From positions 1-64,000 of the forward strand of contig JAXGPF010000014.1 in the NCBI GenBank assembly GCA_040767085.1: DNA of 64,000 nt, written 5' to 3'. A program made the position numbers and the translations under genes. The notes under the pieces were generated by a model, which did no database searches, was not told the origin of the DNA, and was given only the letters and a program-made list of their open reading frames with translations. Numbering within the stretch: position 1 is the stretch's first letter; every line of letters starts with the position of its first letter. The stretch is from Kiritimatiellia bacterium (GTDB lineage Bacteria; Verrucomicrobiota; Kiritimatiellia; JAAZAB01). Of the stretch, positions 1 to 9,837 are shown piece by piece.

Positions 1-50
1 TTATTTTGTTTCTTAAGCCTCTTGGGCGCAACCCGGCAGCGCTGCCGCAT

Positions 51-2942
51 TTATTGAATATGGATGATGGGCGTATCCAGCAATCCCATAGAAGGAATAT
101 CCTTTTCCCTGCTCATATAAAACCTTGTTGTCAAACCGGCGCGGGCGGTGAACAGCCGCAGCATTATCGTATTTTCACCGCGGCGCAACCGATGTCCGAT
201 ATTCAAACGATATGGCGGCCAGCATAATATCCCGGCGGGGGTTCCGTTGACCTCTACTTCAAACGTGTCGTTTTGACGCCTTAAATCCAGTATTGCGTCT
301 TGCACGCTTTCGTTCAAGCTGAATTTACGTTCAAACGCCAGTTCGCCGTAAAAATGCGGGAAGCCTTGGTCGGACAGACTTCCGGCATGTATCTCATCCG
401 GCGCACGATTTAATTCAGGAGTATCTCCGGCGGAACTCGCGGCAAAATCACCGGACAAAACGATCAGCGGCAAGTCATCCTTGGTTTTAGACCCCCAGGC
501 GGGGATTTGTTGAAAATATTGCCGGTCGCGCGCCGGAACATATTTAATCAATATTTCATTTTCGCCGGCCTTAACCATGTTTTTAAGATCATAACTGATA
601 TTATCATCATCCCAGACCAGCATGCCGGTTGGATGCCTGACCGGCAGACGGGCGGCATAAATTTCAATCGCATCAACGCCGTCGGCGGTTATGGTTAACA
701 GCTCCGGAATTACCGGCATGTTTATCACGCAACGCAACCAATAGGTCTTTCCCGGAATAAATTCCACCGGCGCAACCTCCAGACCTGCCGCATGCCATGC
801 CGCCGGGTTCATATTTAAAGATTCAATACATTGCACGCCGATTTGCCGGTACACACTTAAAGGCAAGGGCAATGTGTTTTTCACCGCAGGGCGTAATCGC
901 CAGGCTCCATCAAGTTCCACGATATTTTGCGATGTGTAAATTGATCCGGCATCACCGGCGCCGCCTGTTTTAATAAACAGGCGCGACTCATCCGGCTCCA
1001 TTTTACAGGGTTGTTCGATCATGCCCCCAACCGCGCGCCGGATAGTGTCAAGCTCCCGCCATTCCGCGCTGAAATTATGATTGAATACGGTCGTGGTATC
1101 GCCGAAATTGGTAACAAACGCCAACTCGCCCATCCGGGAGTGCCGGTGAGTGACCAGAATATCGTCAATATTATTCCCGGAAATCTCCAAATCGCGTTTT
1201 AAAATACCCGTCAGTATTTTCACGGTCGCATCGGTAGCCGCCGCGCCGCTTTCAGGCACAAGCAATGCATTCCCGCCGGTAAATTGCAGTTTTGTAATCT
1301 TGCCGTTATTATCAAGAACGCGGGGAATGCAACCGACACAAATAATCGCGCCGCCGGACGCCAGCAAACCGGATATTTTCCGTGCAACCTCCGTCGAAAT
1401 GAAATGAATTGCCGGAAAAACCAGGACTTTGCAGGTAAATCCCGCATGACATAGAGCGCCGTCCTGAAGTTCAGCCTGCTCAATGACCTGATCGAACATC
1501 AAATAATAATCCCATTGCCGCGTTATCAGCCCGTGGCACAGTTCATGGATGGTATTCTGTGTCCGGCGCCAATCCTCATTTGCCGGTGTTTTCAGGCCGG
1601 CAATGCCGAAGATAGTGTCCGGGGGGCCAAACCGTGCCTGGATATCCGTTCCGGGGTAATAAATCCCTAAGTTGGTAACCAGACGCGACTGCGCATTGAG
1701 AAAACTCATCGTGGCAATGTGTTGTGATAATGCGCCGTAATGCCTGACCCATGGCGTCCAGAATGTATGGCAAGCGGTGAGTTTACGGAAGCTGGCATTG
1801 GAATCGGTGAAAAGATTGTCATTGATCATATTCACGCCATGATGCAACAGAAAATCGGAGGCGCGTTTATAGAACCTGGCGGTACTGCTGGGCAAGGCGC
1901 AACCGAAAGCCTCGCAAAGATTACGTTCTTTCCCGGCAAAGAAAGTGACGCTTTCGAGAATTTTACCGCTGACATCCAGACATTTCGCATTGCCGAAAGC
2001 GCTTGCGTAACAGCCGGTGGGATTTTTGTTGAAACTGTCGTCGCCCATCAGAACATCAATCGCGGGCACCTGCATGGCGGCCAGCATATCATAGACATCG
2101 CCATTTTTACCGGTATTACCAGCCAGGATTTCCTCAAAGAGCAGATGCCCGGTTAATTTCAATTGATTGGCGGCGCACCAATCCGCGATCTGCCGGAAAT
2201 AATTATTTTTGAATAATTCGCTGATTAAAGACCAGTAATCGCGTCTGATCCGGTGAAACTCACCGATATCCTTGACCAGCGCAAGCAGATTCGATTCCAG
2301 TTCATATCCATATTTATCATGGAACAGCCTGAACAACGCGGCCGTATATGGGAAACTCATCCCCGCAGCCTTGTTGACGACCGGCTCATCCGTGAAAAAC
2401 CCGACGATAACATCGCCAAAATATTCTCCCAGCTCGCGCTTATAGGCTTCATGGGTTAAGTTAATAAAACTGCCAACGGCCTCGCGGTCAAGCACATCCA
2501 GGTACCCGGATGACCAGCGCGACCATTCCGAACCATAGGCCGCCAGATCGTGGCCGGCATATTCAGTTATTTCCCATGCCGGCAGGGCGGAATAATCGTC
2601 ATGCGGCCAGGAAAATTTAATCACGCGCTGTTTTGCCGACGGATATTTTTCCAGAACTTCACCCGCCGCGGTGCCGCTGGGCCAGTTGAACTCATCGTAA
2701 ATCCATAATTTCAGCCCCCACTCACGGCAGCGTTGACAGAGATGCCGGTAAAGCCGAAAATATTCCGGCCCCAGGTATTCCTGTTTCAGGCCGTAAAGCG
2801 GGATAACGATGATTTCATATATATTCATCCCAAGGAAACGGCCAAGGTCTTCATCTATCCCCTGCTCCGTGACATTCCCCATCCACCCCCACCACGGCGC
2901 CGGACCGAATTCCCGCTCCGGAACTTTGATTATATTATGCAT
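51..2942 (-). CDS. Glycoside hydrolase, GH106/alpha-L-rhamnosidase-like, with C-terminal sugar-binding beta-sandwich
   Basis: 963-aa ORF with N-terminal PWWGW, LWIYDEFNWPSG and GFFTDEP motifs typical of GH106-like TIM barrels; C-terminal 'FEVEVNG..AG...WPPY' domain. Visibly more AT-rich than neighbouring genes. Confidence 0.65.
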   Translation of the reverse strand: MHNIIKVPEREFGPAPWWGWMGNVTEQGIDEDLGRFLGMNIYEIIVIPLYGLKQEYLGPEYFRLYRHLCQRCREWGLKLWIYDEFNWPSGTAAGEVLEKYPSAKQRVIKFSWPHDDYSALPAWEITEYAGHDLAAYGSEWSRWSSGYLDVLDREAVGSFINLTHEAYKRELGEYFGDVIVGFFTDEPVVNKAAGMSFPYTAALFRLFHDKYGYELESNLLALVKDIGEFHRIRRDYWSLISELFKNNYFRQIADWCAANQLKLTGHLLFEEILAGNTGKNGDVYDMLAAMQVPAIDVLMGDDSFNKNPTGCYASAFGNAKCLDVSGKILESVTFFAGKERNLCEAFGCALPSSTARFYKRASDFLLHHGVNMINDNLFTDSNASFRKLTACHTFWTPWVRHYGALSQHIATMSFLNAQSRLVTNLGIYYPGTDIQARFGPPDTIFGIAGLKTPANEDWRRTQNTIHELCHGLITRQWDYYLMFDQVIEQAELQDGALCHAGFTCKVLVFPAIHFISTEVARKISGLLASGGAIICVGCIPRVLDNNGKITKLQFTGGNALLVPESGAAATDATVKILTGILKRDLEISGNNIDDILVTHRHSRMGELAFVTNFGDTTTVFNHNFSAEWRELDTIRRAVGGMIEQPCKMEPDESRLFIKTGGAGDAGSIYTSQNIVELDGAWRLRPAVKNTLPLPLSVYRQIGVQCIESLNMNPAAWHAAGLEVAPVEFIPGKTYWLRCVINMPVIPELLTITADGVDAIEIYAARLPVRHPTGMLVWDDDNISYDLKNMVKAGENEILIKYVPARDRQYFQQIPAWGSKTKDDLPLIVLSGDFAASSAGDTPELNRAPDEIHAGSLSDQGFPHFYGELAFERKFSLNESVQDAILDLRRQNDTFEVEVNGTPAGILCWPPYRLNIGHRLRRGENTIMLRLFTARAGLTTRFYMSREKDIPSMGLLDTPIIHIQ

Positions 2943-3022
2943 AGACCTGGTTGCTCCCGTGTCAATTCCGCGGCCGTATTGCCCTTTTCCATTTCTCTAC
3001 AGTTGAACGTTCTTTGTGAAGT

Positions 3023-4420
3023 CTAGGCCACCTCCCGTTGTTTGTCAACGGTTTTGGCACGGTTTTTTTGGTGTTGGTTTTGTTTGCGCCGAATTATTGC
3101 GATTACGGGGTTTTTCGCGACAGTGCGTAAATACTCATGGAGTAGATTGGCGAGCGCGGTACGGCTGATGAAGTCAGAAGGCATGGCGCCACTGGGCGTA
3201 CGCAGCCAGCATCGGGCATGCTCGCGCACGGCGGCACCGAAAGTGGCGGCCAAGAGTTGAAGCGAGCCGAGAACGATCAAGTGCAGCGCCATGAACTTCT
3301 GGATGGCGGCAAGTGTGTTGGCGGTGCGGTCGGGATGGGACGACACGGGGGCGGGATGCGATCCGCGGCGTGGGCGTCTGGAAACGGGAGTGAGATATTT
3401 TGACCAGAAGTGATATGCCAGGCCGCCAAGCAGATTTTTCAGTGAAGCAAAGAGCGATTCGATACGTACGCGGGCCGTGTAGAGATTCATGGCAATGAGC
3501 GGCTCGATCGTCAGGTCGGAACTCATCAGGATGATCCGGCCGCGTGAGGATTCGATCAAGATGAATCGGACCAGTCCCTTGACCGGCTTCCACACCAGAT
3601 CCAAGACGAGATAGCGGACGGTTTCTTGCTTGCTGTAGATGATCGTCTTTGCAGACAGAAAATCCTGCGGCCGTGTATCGAATAGCTTCATCAGCTTGAG
3701 CTTGCGCCCATACATCCGCCGTCGCCCCTTGCAGTGAGGGCGCGGCGGCGGCGGTTGCTGGAACGCGACGACATTTTTCTTGGCGCGTGTGAGGATATGC
3801 AAGGCGCCTTTTGAAGCGGCCGCCACAGCAAAGACCGGTCCAACGGCAAAGAAGGCGTCCAACACAAGAAAGATAGACATCCCCCATCGCAAACCGATCT
3901 CGGCGGCGATATTCACCAAGCGCGTGGCGCGCGAATCTTGGGAATCGTCGGGGTGGATTTCAGCCCATAATGGCAGGGCAAAACGTTTGCCGTGCGCTTT
4001 AGCGAGCAGGCTCAGGCAGCCCCAGTGATGACCCCGGAAGAATGACGGCTTGCTGGAGGTTTCGGAGTCTTGATGCAGCGTCGTTACGCCCGGCATGCGT
4101 CGCCCGTCCTTGGGTTGTTTGGTATGGTCGCCCAGCAACACGATGCGGCCGGCCACTTGCTCAACGGACGGTTGCCCGATCAGCCATGCTTCCCATTGGC
4201 GATAGAGGCTTTCGGCGGTCCATGCCGTGGAATGAAAAAAATGCAGCAATGCCGGATAATATACCGGCGCCAGGCTCAGCGCCCGGACGATGGAAGTGAC
4301 GCCGTAAACTTCCTGGCGCGTTACCACGCCGGCAAACGCCACCACGAACCAAGCGAAGGTCGCCTCCCGCGTGAACGCCGGACGAAGCGCCCGGAGCAAC
4401 CCTTCCAGATAACCCATCAT
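3023..4420 (-). CDS. DDE transposase, IS4 superfamily (IS701-like)
   Basis: GDHT, LDAFF and Y-TAR-VRIE-SLFASLK (YREK signature). ATG at 4420 has a GGAG RBS; the ORF track starts at TTG 4447. Confidence 0.85.
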   Translation of the reverse strand: MMGYLEGLLRALRPAFTREATFAWFVVAFAGVVTRQEVYGVTSIVRALSLAPVYYPALLHFFHSTAWTAESLYRQWEAWLIGQPSVEQVAGRIVLLGDHTKQPKDGRRMPGVTTLHQDSETSSKPSFFRGHHWGCLSLLAKAHGKRFALPLWAEIHPDDSQDSRATRLVNIAAEIGLRWGMSIFLVLDAFFAVGPVFAVAAASKGALHILTRAKKNVVAFQQPPPPRPHCKGRRRMYGRKLKLMKLFDTRPQDFLSAKTIIYSKQETVRYLVLDLVWKPVKGLVRFILIESSRGRIILMSSDLTIEPLIAMNLYTARVRIESLFASLKNLLGGLAYHFWSKYLTPVSRRPRRGSHPAPVSSHPDRTANTLAAIQKFMALHLIVLGSLQLLAATFGAAVREHARCWLRTPSGAMPSDFISRTALANLLHEYLRTVAKNPVIAIIRRKQNQHQKNRAKTVDKQREVA

Positions 4421-4440
4421 AAAAAAACTCCACTTTGTTG

Positions 4441-4469
4441 TTGACAATGTCCCTGGTGTAATCTATGCT
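4441..4469 (+). promoter_or_regulatory. Sigma70-type promoter for the IS small ORF, with an overlapping palindrome
   Basis: TTGACA (4441-4446), 17 bp spacer, TATGCT (4464-4469); palindrome CTATGC-N6-GCATAG (4463-4480) overlaps the -10; AAGGAGGT RBS at 4492-4499. Confidence 0.6.
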
Positions 4470-4502
4470 ACATGGCATAGTCTATTAATGCAAGGAGGTT
4501 TT

Positions 4503-4787
4503 ATGTCAAAATCAGTGGGTTCAATGCTGCGGACGGTACGAAAACTTCAAGAGGAATTAGGGCGACTGGGCCCCGTGATGCGTGGTTCGGTGGTGGTGAT
4601 CGGAACGCGCAATAAGCAACCCTACTTCTCGCTCAACAAGGACAAGCACACGCGCCTGATTTACCTCGGGCAAAAACGCGTGGACCTCGCTCGGGAATAT
4701 TCCAAGAACTACAAGAGATTACTTGCCATCGTTGAGGAAATGACTATCCTAAACATGGAATTGATCAAGCGTGATGCCGATCTCTGA
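4503..4787 (+). CDS. Small basic IS-associated protein, DUF6788-like
   Basis: 94 aa with strong RBS; 'LGPVMRGSV...PYFS..KDKHTRLIYL...A.EY..NY' resembles DUF6788 transposase-associated proteins; followed by 8-bp-stem hairpin TCTCTGAC/GTCAGAGA (4781-4800). Confidence 0.6.
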   Translation: MSKSVGSMLRTVRKLQEELGRLGPVMRGSVVVIGTRNKQPYFSLNKDKHTRLIYLGQKRVDLAREYSKNYKRLLAIVEEMTILNMELIKRDADL

Positions 4788-4919
4788 CTGCTGTCAGAGA
4801 GACGCGAGAACTTGTGACTGGCGAGTCCATTTGCAGTGCGTCAATATAAACCACGGCATCCCTGGACCACGTGTATAAATTCCTTTTTTTGGGGGGAGGG
4901 GGAATAATGTCCCCGGGGA

Positions 4920-7900
4920 TCAGGCCGGCGCGATCCGGATGCGCGCCGATGCGTAGGCGTCGAGCGCCAAACGCAGCAGCGCATATTGTTTGCGGATGCG
5001 GACAATTTCAAAATCCTTGTCCGCGGATATCCGCCGGGCCGTCAGCCCCGGCAAGTTGATCCTGACCAAGGGCCGGATCGGCTGCCCGGGCGACGGGCAC
5101 CGATCTTCGGCGACGATGATGTGGACGGCTTGCGCCTGATCCTGAAATGCAATCAGCGTGCCGGCCGAGGTTGCGACCGCCTTCTTCCCCAAAAGCTCCT
5201 GAATCCAGGCGGCCGAGCGGTTCAGCAGCGGACTGTTGCTCCGCTGCCCGTAAACCATGGCCGTCCGCGAACGCTGCACAAACATCGGCGGCAGCGTGAA
5301 AAAAGCCGTCCGCCCATGGGGCGTCGTGTTCATGACCAGCGCCGGCGCGCCGGAGGCGTCGGCCAGCAGCGCCGTAGCCGTCGTCGCCCGATGCCGGATG
5401 ACGCAAAGCTCATGGTTGGTCGGCTCGCTCAGGTCGCCCAACGCGGCGCGCGCCGGGCCGACCGGGGCGATCCGGGACGCCTGGACGGCGGGCGCAGCTT
5501 CAACGCCGAAAATGTCCTCCAGCCCGCCTGCATCCCAAAAACCCAAAATGGCGACACCCTGTTTGTGCAGATTCCGGATTTGCGTTTTTGTTTCTTCAGC
5601 CACACCGCCCAGCGGCGGAATCACCAGCAAATCCACGTCGGCCGGATTCAGGCCGGCGCAATCCTCCAGGCGCATCAGGAATCCGTTCTGCTGTCCCGCC
5701 GCCCGCGCCTGTTCGCAGGCATAGGCGGGGGCTTCCTCGGCCGGGTTGACCATGGTCACGCCGGGAAAGTGAAAATCGTCATCCGCCTCATGGTATTCGG
5801 GATGCGCCAGGCAGGCCGCCCGGCTGTAGCAGAAGGCCGTCGTCCGCAAAGGCTTGGCGGGCGCGACCCGGGAAATGAAAGCATACGCCTTCAGCATCTC
5901 TTCATAATTTTCGCGATCCCAGGTTTTCGGGTGATAGCCGTGGTCGTTCCAGAACCGGTAGTTTCGGGAATCGAACCAGACCGCGGCGAAACAGTATTCG
6001 TAAAACATCTTGGTGAAAAATCCGCGGGGCGGGTCGGAACGGCCATAAGGCGGATTGGCCAGCACCACCCGGCCGTCGCGCGTCTCGCCGTTGATGCCGA
6101 AAAATTCCGGCAACAGGCGCAGATGCGGCGCCTCCAGTTTGGAAGCGGCCAGATGGCAGATGCCCCGGGCAATCGGATAGCCGGACGACAGCGGATAATC
6201 CTCGAAGGAATTCGGGCCGGTGATGGTACGGGGAATATCGCCGCGCAGGTCATACCCGGAATTCAGGGGAAAATAGCCCAGCTTGTAACCGCAGGCATAG
6301 GCGGGGTATGTCCCGCCATGCACAAACGGTTCGCAGCGGGGATTGATGGCCTTGATTTGCGCATAGCGGCGGCGGTATTCCTCCGCGGCCTTTTCGCAGC
6401 AATAGAGCATCCAATCCTTCCAGTAGTGCCGGATCAGTTCGTCATATTCCGGCTCGGTCAGTCCGGCCGCCGGATCGCGGGATTGCAGGATATCGGCGTC
6501 CAGGACGCCGCCCGGCGCGCGGCGGCCATGGCCGCCGCGCAGGAACTCAATCAACATTGCCCGGCGGCGCGGGTCGCGGTATCGCTGGATGCCCCACAAA
6601 TCCCCATCCCGGAAGCGTGAAAGCGTGATATGCGCGCCATCGCTCTTCGCAATCAAGTCGCGGTTGGGTTCGATGCCTTTTTCCTCGAAAACATTGCACC
6701 AGGGTTTCAGCCAGCAGTTGAATTTCCGGCCGTAGGCATGCAGTAAATCCGGCGCATTCCAAAGCCGCGCGACTTTGAAATAATTGTTCCCGCCGCTGTT
6801 GTAATGCGCGGTATCCACGACCATCCCGCCCCAGGGATGAAAGTGTTCGTTCTTGATCCCGGAAAGGATGTTGGGGTACAGTTCCGGCAAACCGGAAACC
6901 AGCGGCGCCGGCTTGGCGGCAGGGTCCGCGGGCATGACCTCGAAAGCGCGGCGGACTTCCGGCCGGCCGCCCGCGCCGGCCATGCGCGCCCGGATGTGAT
7001 AAACCCCCACGCCCAGGCCGGGAAACTGCATCCCGTCCGTGGCATATTCCATGGCGCCGGGAAACCCGGGCAGCGGCTGCACCCGGCGGAACGCGGCCTT
7101 CACCGGCCGGCCCAGCGGTTCGCCAAAGACATTTTCCAGTTGGAACGACGCCCGGAGCATGGATGGTTCCAGCGTGGCATCCCGGCTGTAAACGCGCGCG
7201 TGGAACCGGACGGATTCGCCCTCGATGAAAAAATGGTTGCGGCGCGCAAATTCCAGCGCGCCTTCGTAGTCGTGAATATGCTTCGGAATGCGCCGGCAGA
7301 TGGCTTTCCCGGCCGGCGAAACGATTTCCGCCTGCACCGCGCCCGGCGGCAAGGCGCGCCCGCGCCACGTTACCTTGCCCGCGGCATCCAAACGCGCTTC
7401 CGCCGGCCCGCCCTGATTGCAGATGGAATCCTCGGCCATGTAATGCTCGTAGCCGATAAAAAACACCGCCTCGTCCGGCAGGTCTTCCAGGAAAACTTCC
7501 CGGGACAGCGGGCAGGCGGCATCCGCCGGTTCCCAGACCGAACAGGCGGTATTCCAATGAAAGGCGTCCAGACCAACCGCGCCGCGGAAGATCAGGTATT
7601 TGCCCAATTCCACCCCGGCGGCATCCTCGATGCGCACATAGGGGTTGATCATCTTCTCGTTGAACCGTTGCCGGTCAATGTCCGGATAAACCGGCGTCTT
7701 GGACGGGCCGCCCGTCAGTTGCAGGCGCAACGCCACCCGGCCCGATTCCCGGTCGGCCGCGACGTGGAAATAAAAGGGCGAGATGATTCCATGCAGGTCG
7801 GGCGGAAATTCCGTTCTGGTTTCCTGGCGGATTGCGGCGGTTTTCCCGGCGGCATCGCCGTAAATCCGGATTTTTTTTATCGCCATATCGCCGCCATTGT

Positions 7901-8480
7901 CGGAGCGGCCCAGCGCCGCCAGGCCCCGCCGCGGGAGGCCCGGATCATCGGGCAGCGCGCCGGCAAAGACCGTGACGCCGTCATGTTCCAACACCACCCG
8001 CTGATCACGGACGGACAAGGCCAGCGTCTGGGACCGGCTTAAATCCGGCAAAAAGCCGCCGGTCTTGCTTTCCGCCAGCAGGCGGTATTTCCCCGTGCGC
8101 CGGAGGCCGTCATAGGCCAGCAGCTTGCAAACATATTCCGGCGCCGGCTTTTGCGCATAATGCGTTTGGCCGCCGCAGATGCCCCAGGCATACCGCAGCA
8201 GCAATCCCCGGCGCGTTGCCCGGTCATACCGGAAATGCAAATCCAGGCCGGCGTTGGAGAAAAACTGGTTGCCGGCCATCTCCAATTCCAGCCGGCAATC
8301 CGCCAGGACCGGGATCAACGGCAGGTGCTTGTTGGTGTGGCTGACCGGGCAGATGTGGAACATCCCGCCCTGTACCAGGCCCTGCGAAAACGGCAGTTCA
8401 CAGCCTTGTTCGCAAATCCACCCGTCGGGATAGGCGCCATCCCGGCATTGGGCAAAATCATCCTGGAAAACAAGTCGCAT
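4920..8480 (-). CDS. Large hypothetical carbohydrate-active protein (probable lectin-like + TIM barrel + GATase-like trimerisation domain)
   Basis: 1186-aa ORF within a CAZyme cluster; C-terminal 'VDLLVIP...IRNLHKQGVAIL' resembles beta-galactosidase trimerisation domains; no recognisable family motif. Confidence 0.5.
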   Translation of the reverse strand: MRLVFQDDFAQCRDGAYPDGWICEQGCELPFSQGLVQGGMFHICPVSHTNKHLPLIPVLADCRLELEMAGNQFFSNAGLDLHFRYDRATRRGLLLRYAWGICGGQTHYAQKPAPEYVCKLLAYDGLRRTGKYRLLAESKTGGFLPDLSRSQTLALSVRDQRVVLEHDGVTVFAGALPDDPGLPRRGLAALGRSDNGGDMAIKKIRIYGDAAGKTAAIRQETRTEFPPDLHGIISPFYFHVAADRESGRVALRLQLTGGPSKTPVYPDIDRQRFNEKMINPYVRIEDAAGVELGKYLIFRGAVGLDAFHWNTACSVWEPADAACPLSREVFLEDLPDEAVFFIGYEHYMAEDSICNQGGPAEARLDAAGKVTWRGRALPPGAVQAEIVSPAGKAICRRIPKHIHDYEGALEFARRNHFFIEGESVRFHARVYSRDATLEPSMLRASFQLENVFGEPLGRPVKAAFRRVQPLPGFPGAMEYATDGMQFPGLGVGVYHIRARMAGAGGRPEVRRAFEVMPADPAAKPAPLVSGLPELYPNILSGIKNEHFHPWGGMVVDTAHYNSGGNNYFKVARLWNAPDLLHAYGRKFNCWLKPWCNVFEEKGIEPNRDLIAKSDGAHITLSRFRDGDLWGIQRYRDPRRRAMLIEFLRGGHGRRAPGGVLDADILQSRDPAAGLTEPEYDELIRHYWKDWMLYCCEKAAEEYRRRYAQIKAINPRCEPFVHGGTYPAYACGYKLGYFPLNSGYDLRGDIPRTITGPNSFEDYPLSSGYPIARGICHLAASKLEAPHLRLLPEFFGINGETRDGRVVLANPPYGRSDPPRGFFTKMFYEYCFAAVWFDSRNYRFWNDHGYHPKTWDRENYEEMLKAYAFISRVAPAKPLRTTAFCYSRAACLAHPEYHEADDDFHFPGVTMVNPAEEAPAYACEQARAAGQQNGFLMRLEDCAGLNPADVDLLVIPPLGGVAEETKTQIRNLHKQGVAILGFWDAGGLEDIFGVEAAPAVQASRIAPVGPARAALGDLSEPTNHELCVIRHRATTATALLADASGAPALVMNTTPHGRTAFFTLPPMFVQRSRTAMVYGQRSNSPLLNRSAAWIQELLGKKAVATSAGTLIAFQDQAQAVHIIVAEDRCPSPGQPIRPLVRINLPGLTARRISADKDFEIVRIRKQYALLRLALDAYASARIRIAPA

Positions 8481-8600
8481 TTTCTTTTCTTGGCGTCCTT
8501 GGCGGTTTATCCTCCGGATTCCATCCGGCCTTATCTTCCCGCTCTTGGCGTGCCTGGCGGTTTATAATCCGAATATCCCGGCAAAGTCAATCACGGATCG

Positions 8601-9830
8601 TCAATCCACCGCGATGCGATAGAGCAGAGCGTCGGCGGTCCAGCCCGGCGGCGCGTCCGGCAGACCTTCGCGGGCAAAGAGGCGGGTCAGGTGCAACAGC
8701 AGGTGGCCGGTTTCAGGGTCTTCGCGGACGAGGAAGTTCGACAGGGTCAGCCGTTCGCTCTCGCCGGGCTGGCGGTCATCAATCACCGCCAGCGTCTCGC
8801 GGACCAGCAACCCGGTCTGACGATCCACTTCCCCCAGGACCAGCGGGTAGCGCGGCCGGTTGCCCCGGGGATTGGCCGGGGTAACGTTACCCATCCAGAA
8901 CAGGCGCCCATCGGAATAGGGCACGAGCTGCGAACAGGAACTCGGGGAATAAAACGACGCGCCATCGGTGAACGTCCAGGGCGCCGGCTTGCTGAAAGTC
9001 CGGCCGCCATCCGCGGAAGTCGCGCACCAGCGCCACCCGGGCTGGTCGGGGCAGCGGTCGTTGCTCCCGCGCATGACTACCAGCAGCCGGCCATCCGCCA
9101 GTTCGGCGATGGTGGGCTCGATCAAGCCGCGCGAGGTCCGGCGGCAATCGCCGGCGATCCGGTCGGACACGGTCCACGCCAGCCGCCCGTCCGCCCGCCA
9201 CCGGCCCATCAACAACAGGCAATCGGTATAGGTCAAGCCGCCAGCGGGATTATGGTAGGCGCCATCCGGTCCGACCGGGCTGCTTTGCGCCGGCACCAGG
9301 ATGACCCCGTCGCGCCGCGCCAGGGGGCGGCAGGTAAAATCGCCGATCATCACGCAGTTCTTCCCCACCGTGACGCCGGGCAGGGGGTGGGTGGCGTCAA
9401 ATTCCGCGCCGGCGTGGATGATTTGCTCGTTCACCAGCTCGGCGCCCGTGTCGGGCGCGATCACGGCATAATGCAATTTAAATTGCCGCATCCCTTCCAG
9501 CGGGGTATCGGTCGGCAACACGCCTTCGGTCCAAAGCGTGATGAAGCGGCCGGTGGCGGGGTCCAGGTAACCGCCGCGCGGGTGCCGGCGGCCGGTGCCG
9601 GCCGGATCTGTAAACCTTGTCGGCCAGCTCCGCGGAGCGCTCCAGGTCCGGCCGTTGTCGCGGGAAAACCGGATGGACGCCGCATCGCAGGTGTCGCTGC
9701 GGCTGGTGCAGGTATGGATGCTCATCAAATGCGCGCCGGCGCGCGCGGCGCAGGCGGTCGCCGCATGCACGGCCACCCCCGGGGCGGGCGATTTGACGAA
9801 GATATCCCTGGCGATCACCCTGGCCTGCAT
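8601..9830 (-). CDS. Sialidase-family (BNR/Asp-box) beta-propeller glycosidase
   Basis: Asp-boxes SRDNGRTWS and SADGGRTFS; 'EPTIAELADGRLLVVMR'; 'PRYPL'. Confidence 0.8.
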   Translation of the reverse strand: MQARVIARDIFVKSPAPGVAVHAATACAARAGAHLMSIHTCTSRSDTCDAASIRFSRDNGRTWSAPRSWPTRFTDPAGTGRRHPRGGYLDPATGRFITLWTEGVLPTDTPLEGMRQFKLHYAVIAPDTGAELVNEQIIHAGAEFDATHPLPGVTVGKNCVMIGDFTCRPLARRDGVILVPAQSSPVGPDGAYHNPAGGLTYTDCLLLMGRWRADGRLAWTVSDRIAGDCRRTSRGLIEPTIAELADGRLLVVMRGSNDRCPDQPGWRWCATSADGGRTFSKPAPWTFTDGASFYSPSSCSQLVPYSDGRLFWMGNVTPANPRGNRPRYPLVLGEVDRQTGLLVRETLAVIDDRQPGESERLTLSNFLVREDPETGHLLLHLTRLFAREGLPDAPPGWTADALLYRIAVD

Positions 9831-9837
9831 GCCGGCG

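Larger units (their letters stand above)
2995..4825. mobile_element. IS4-superfamily (IS701-like) insertion sequence carrying a transposase and a divergent small ORF
   Basis: Imperfect 19-bp terminal IRs CTCTACAGTTGAACGTTCT (2995-3013) and CTCGCCAGTCACAAGTTCT (revcomp 4807-4825), 13/19 identical; identical 7-bp flanks TCCATTT at 2988-2994 and 4826-4832. Confidence 0.85.
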
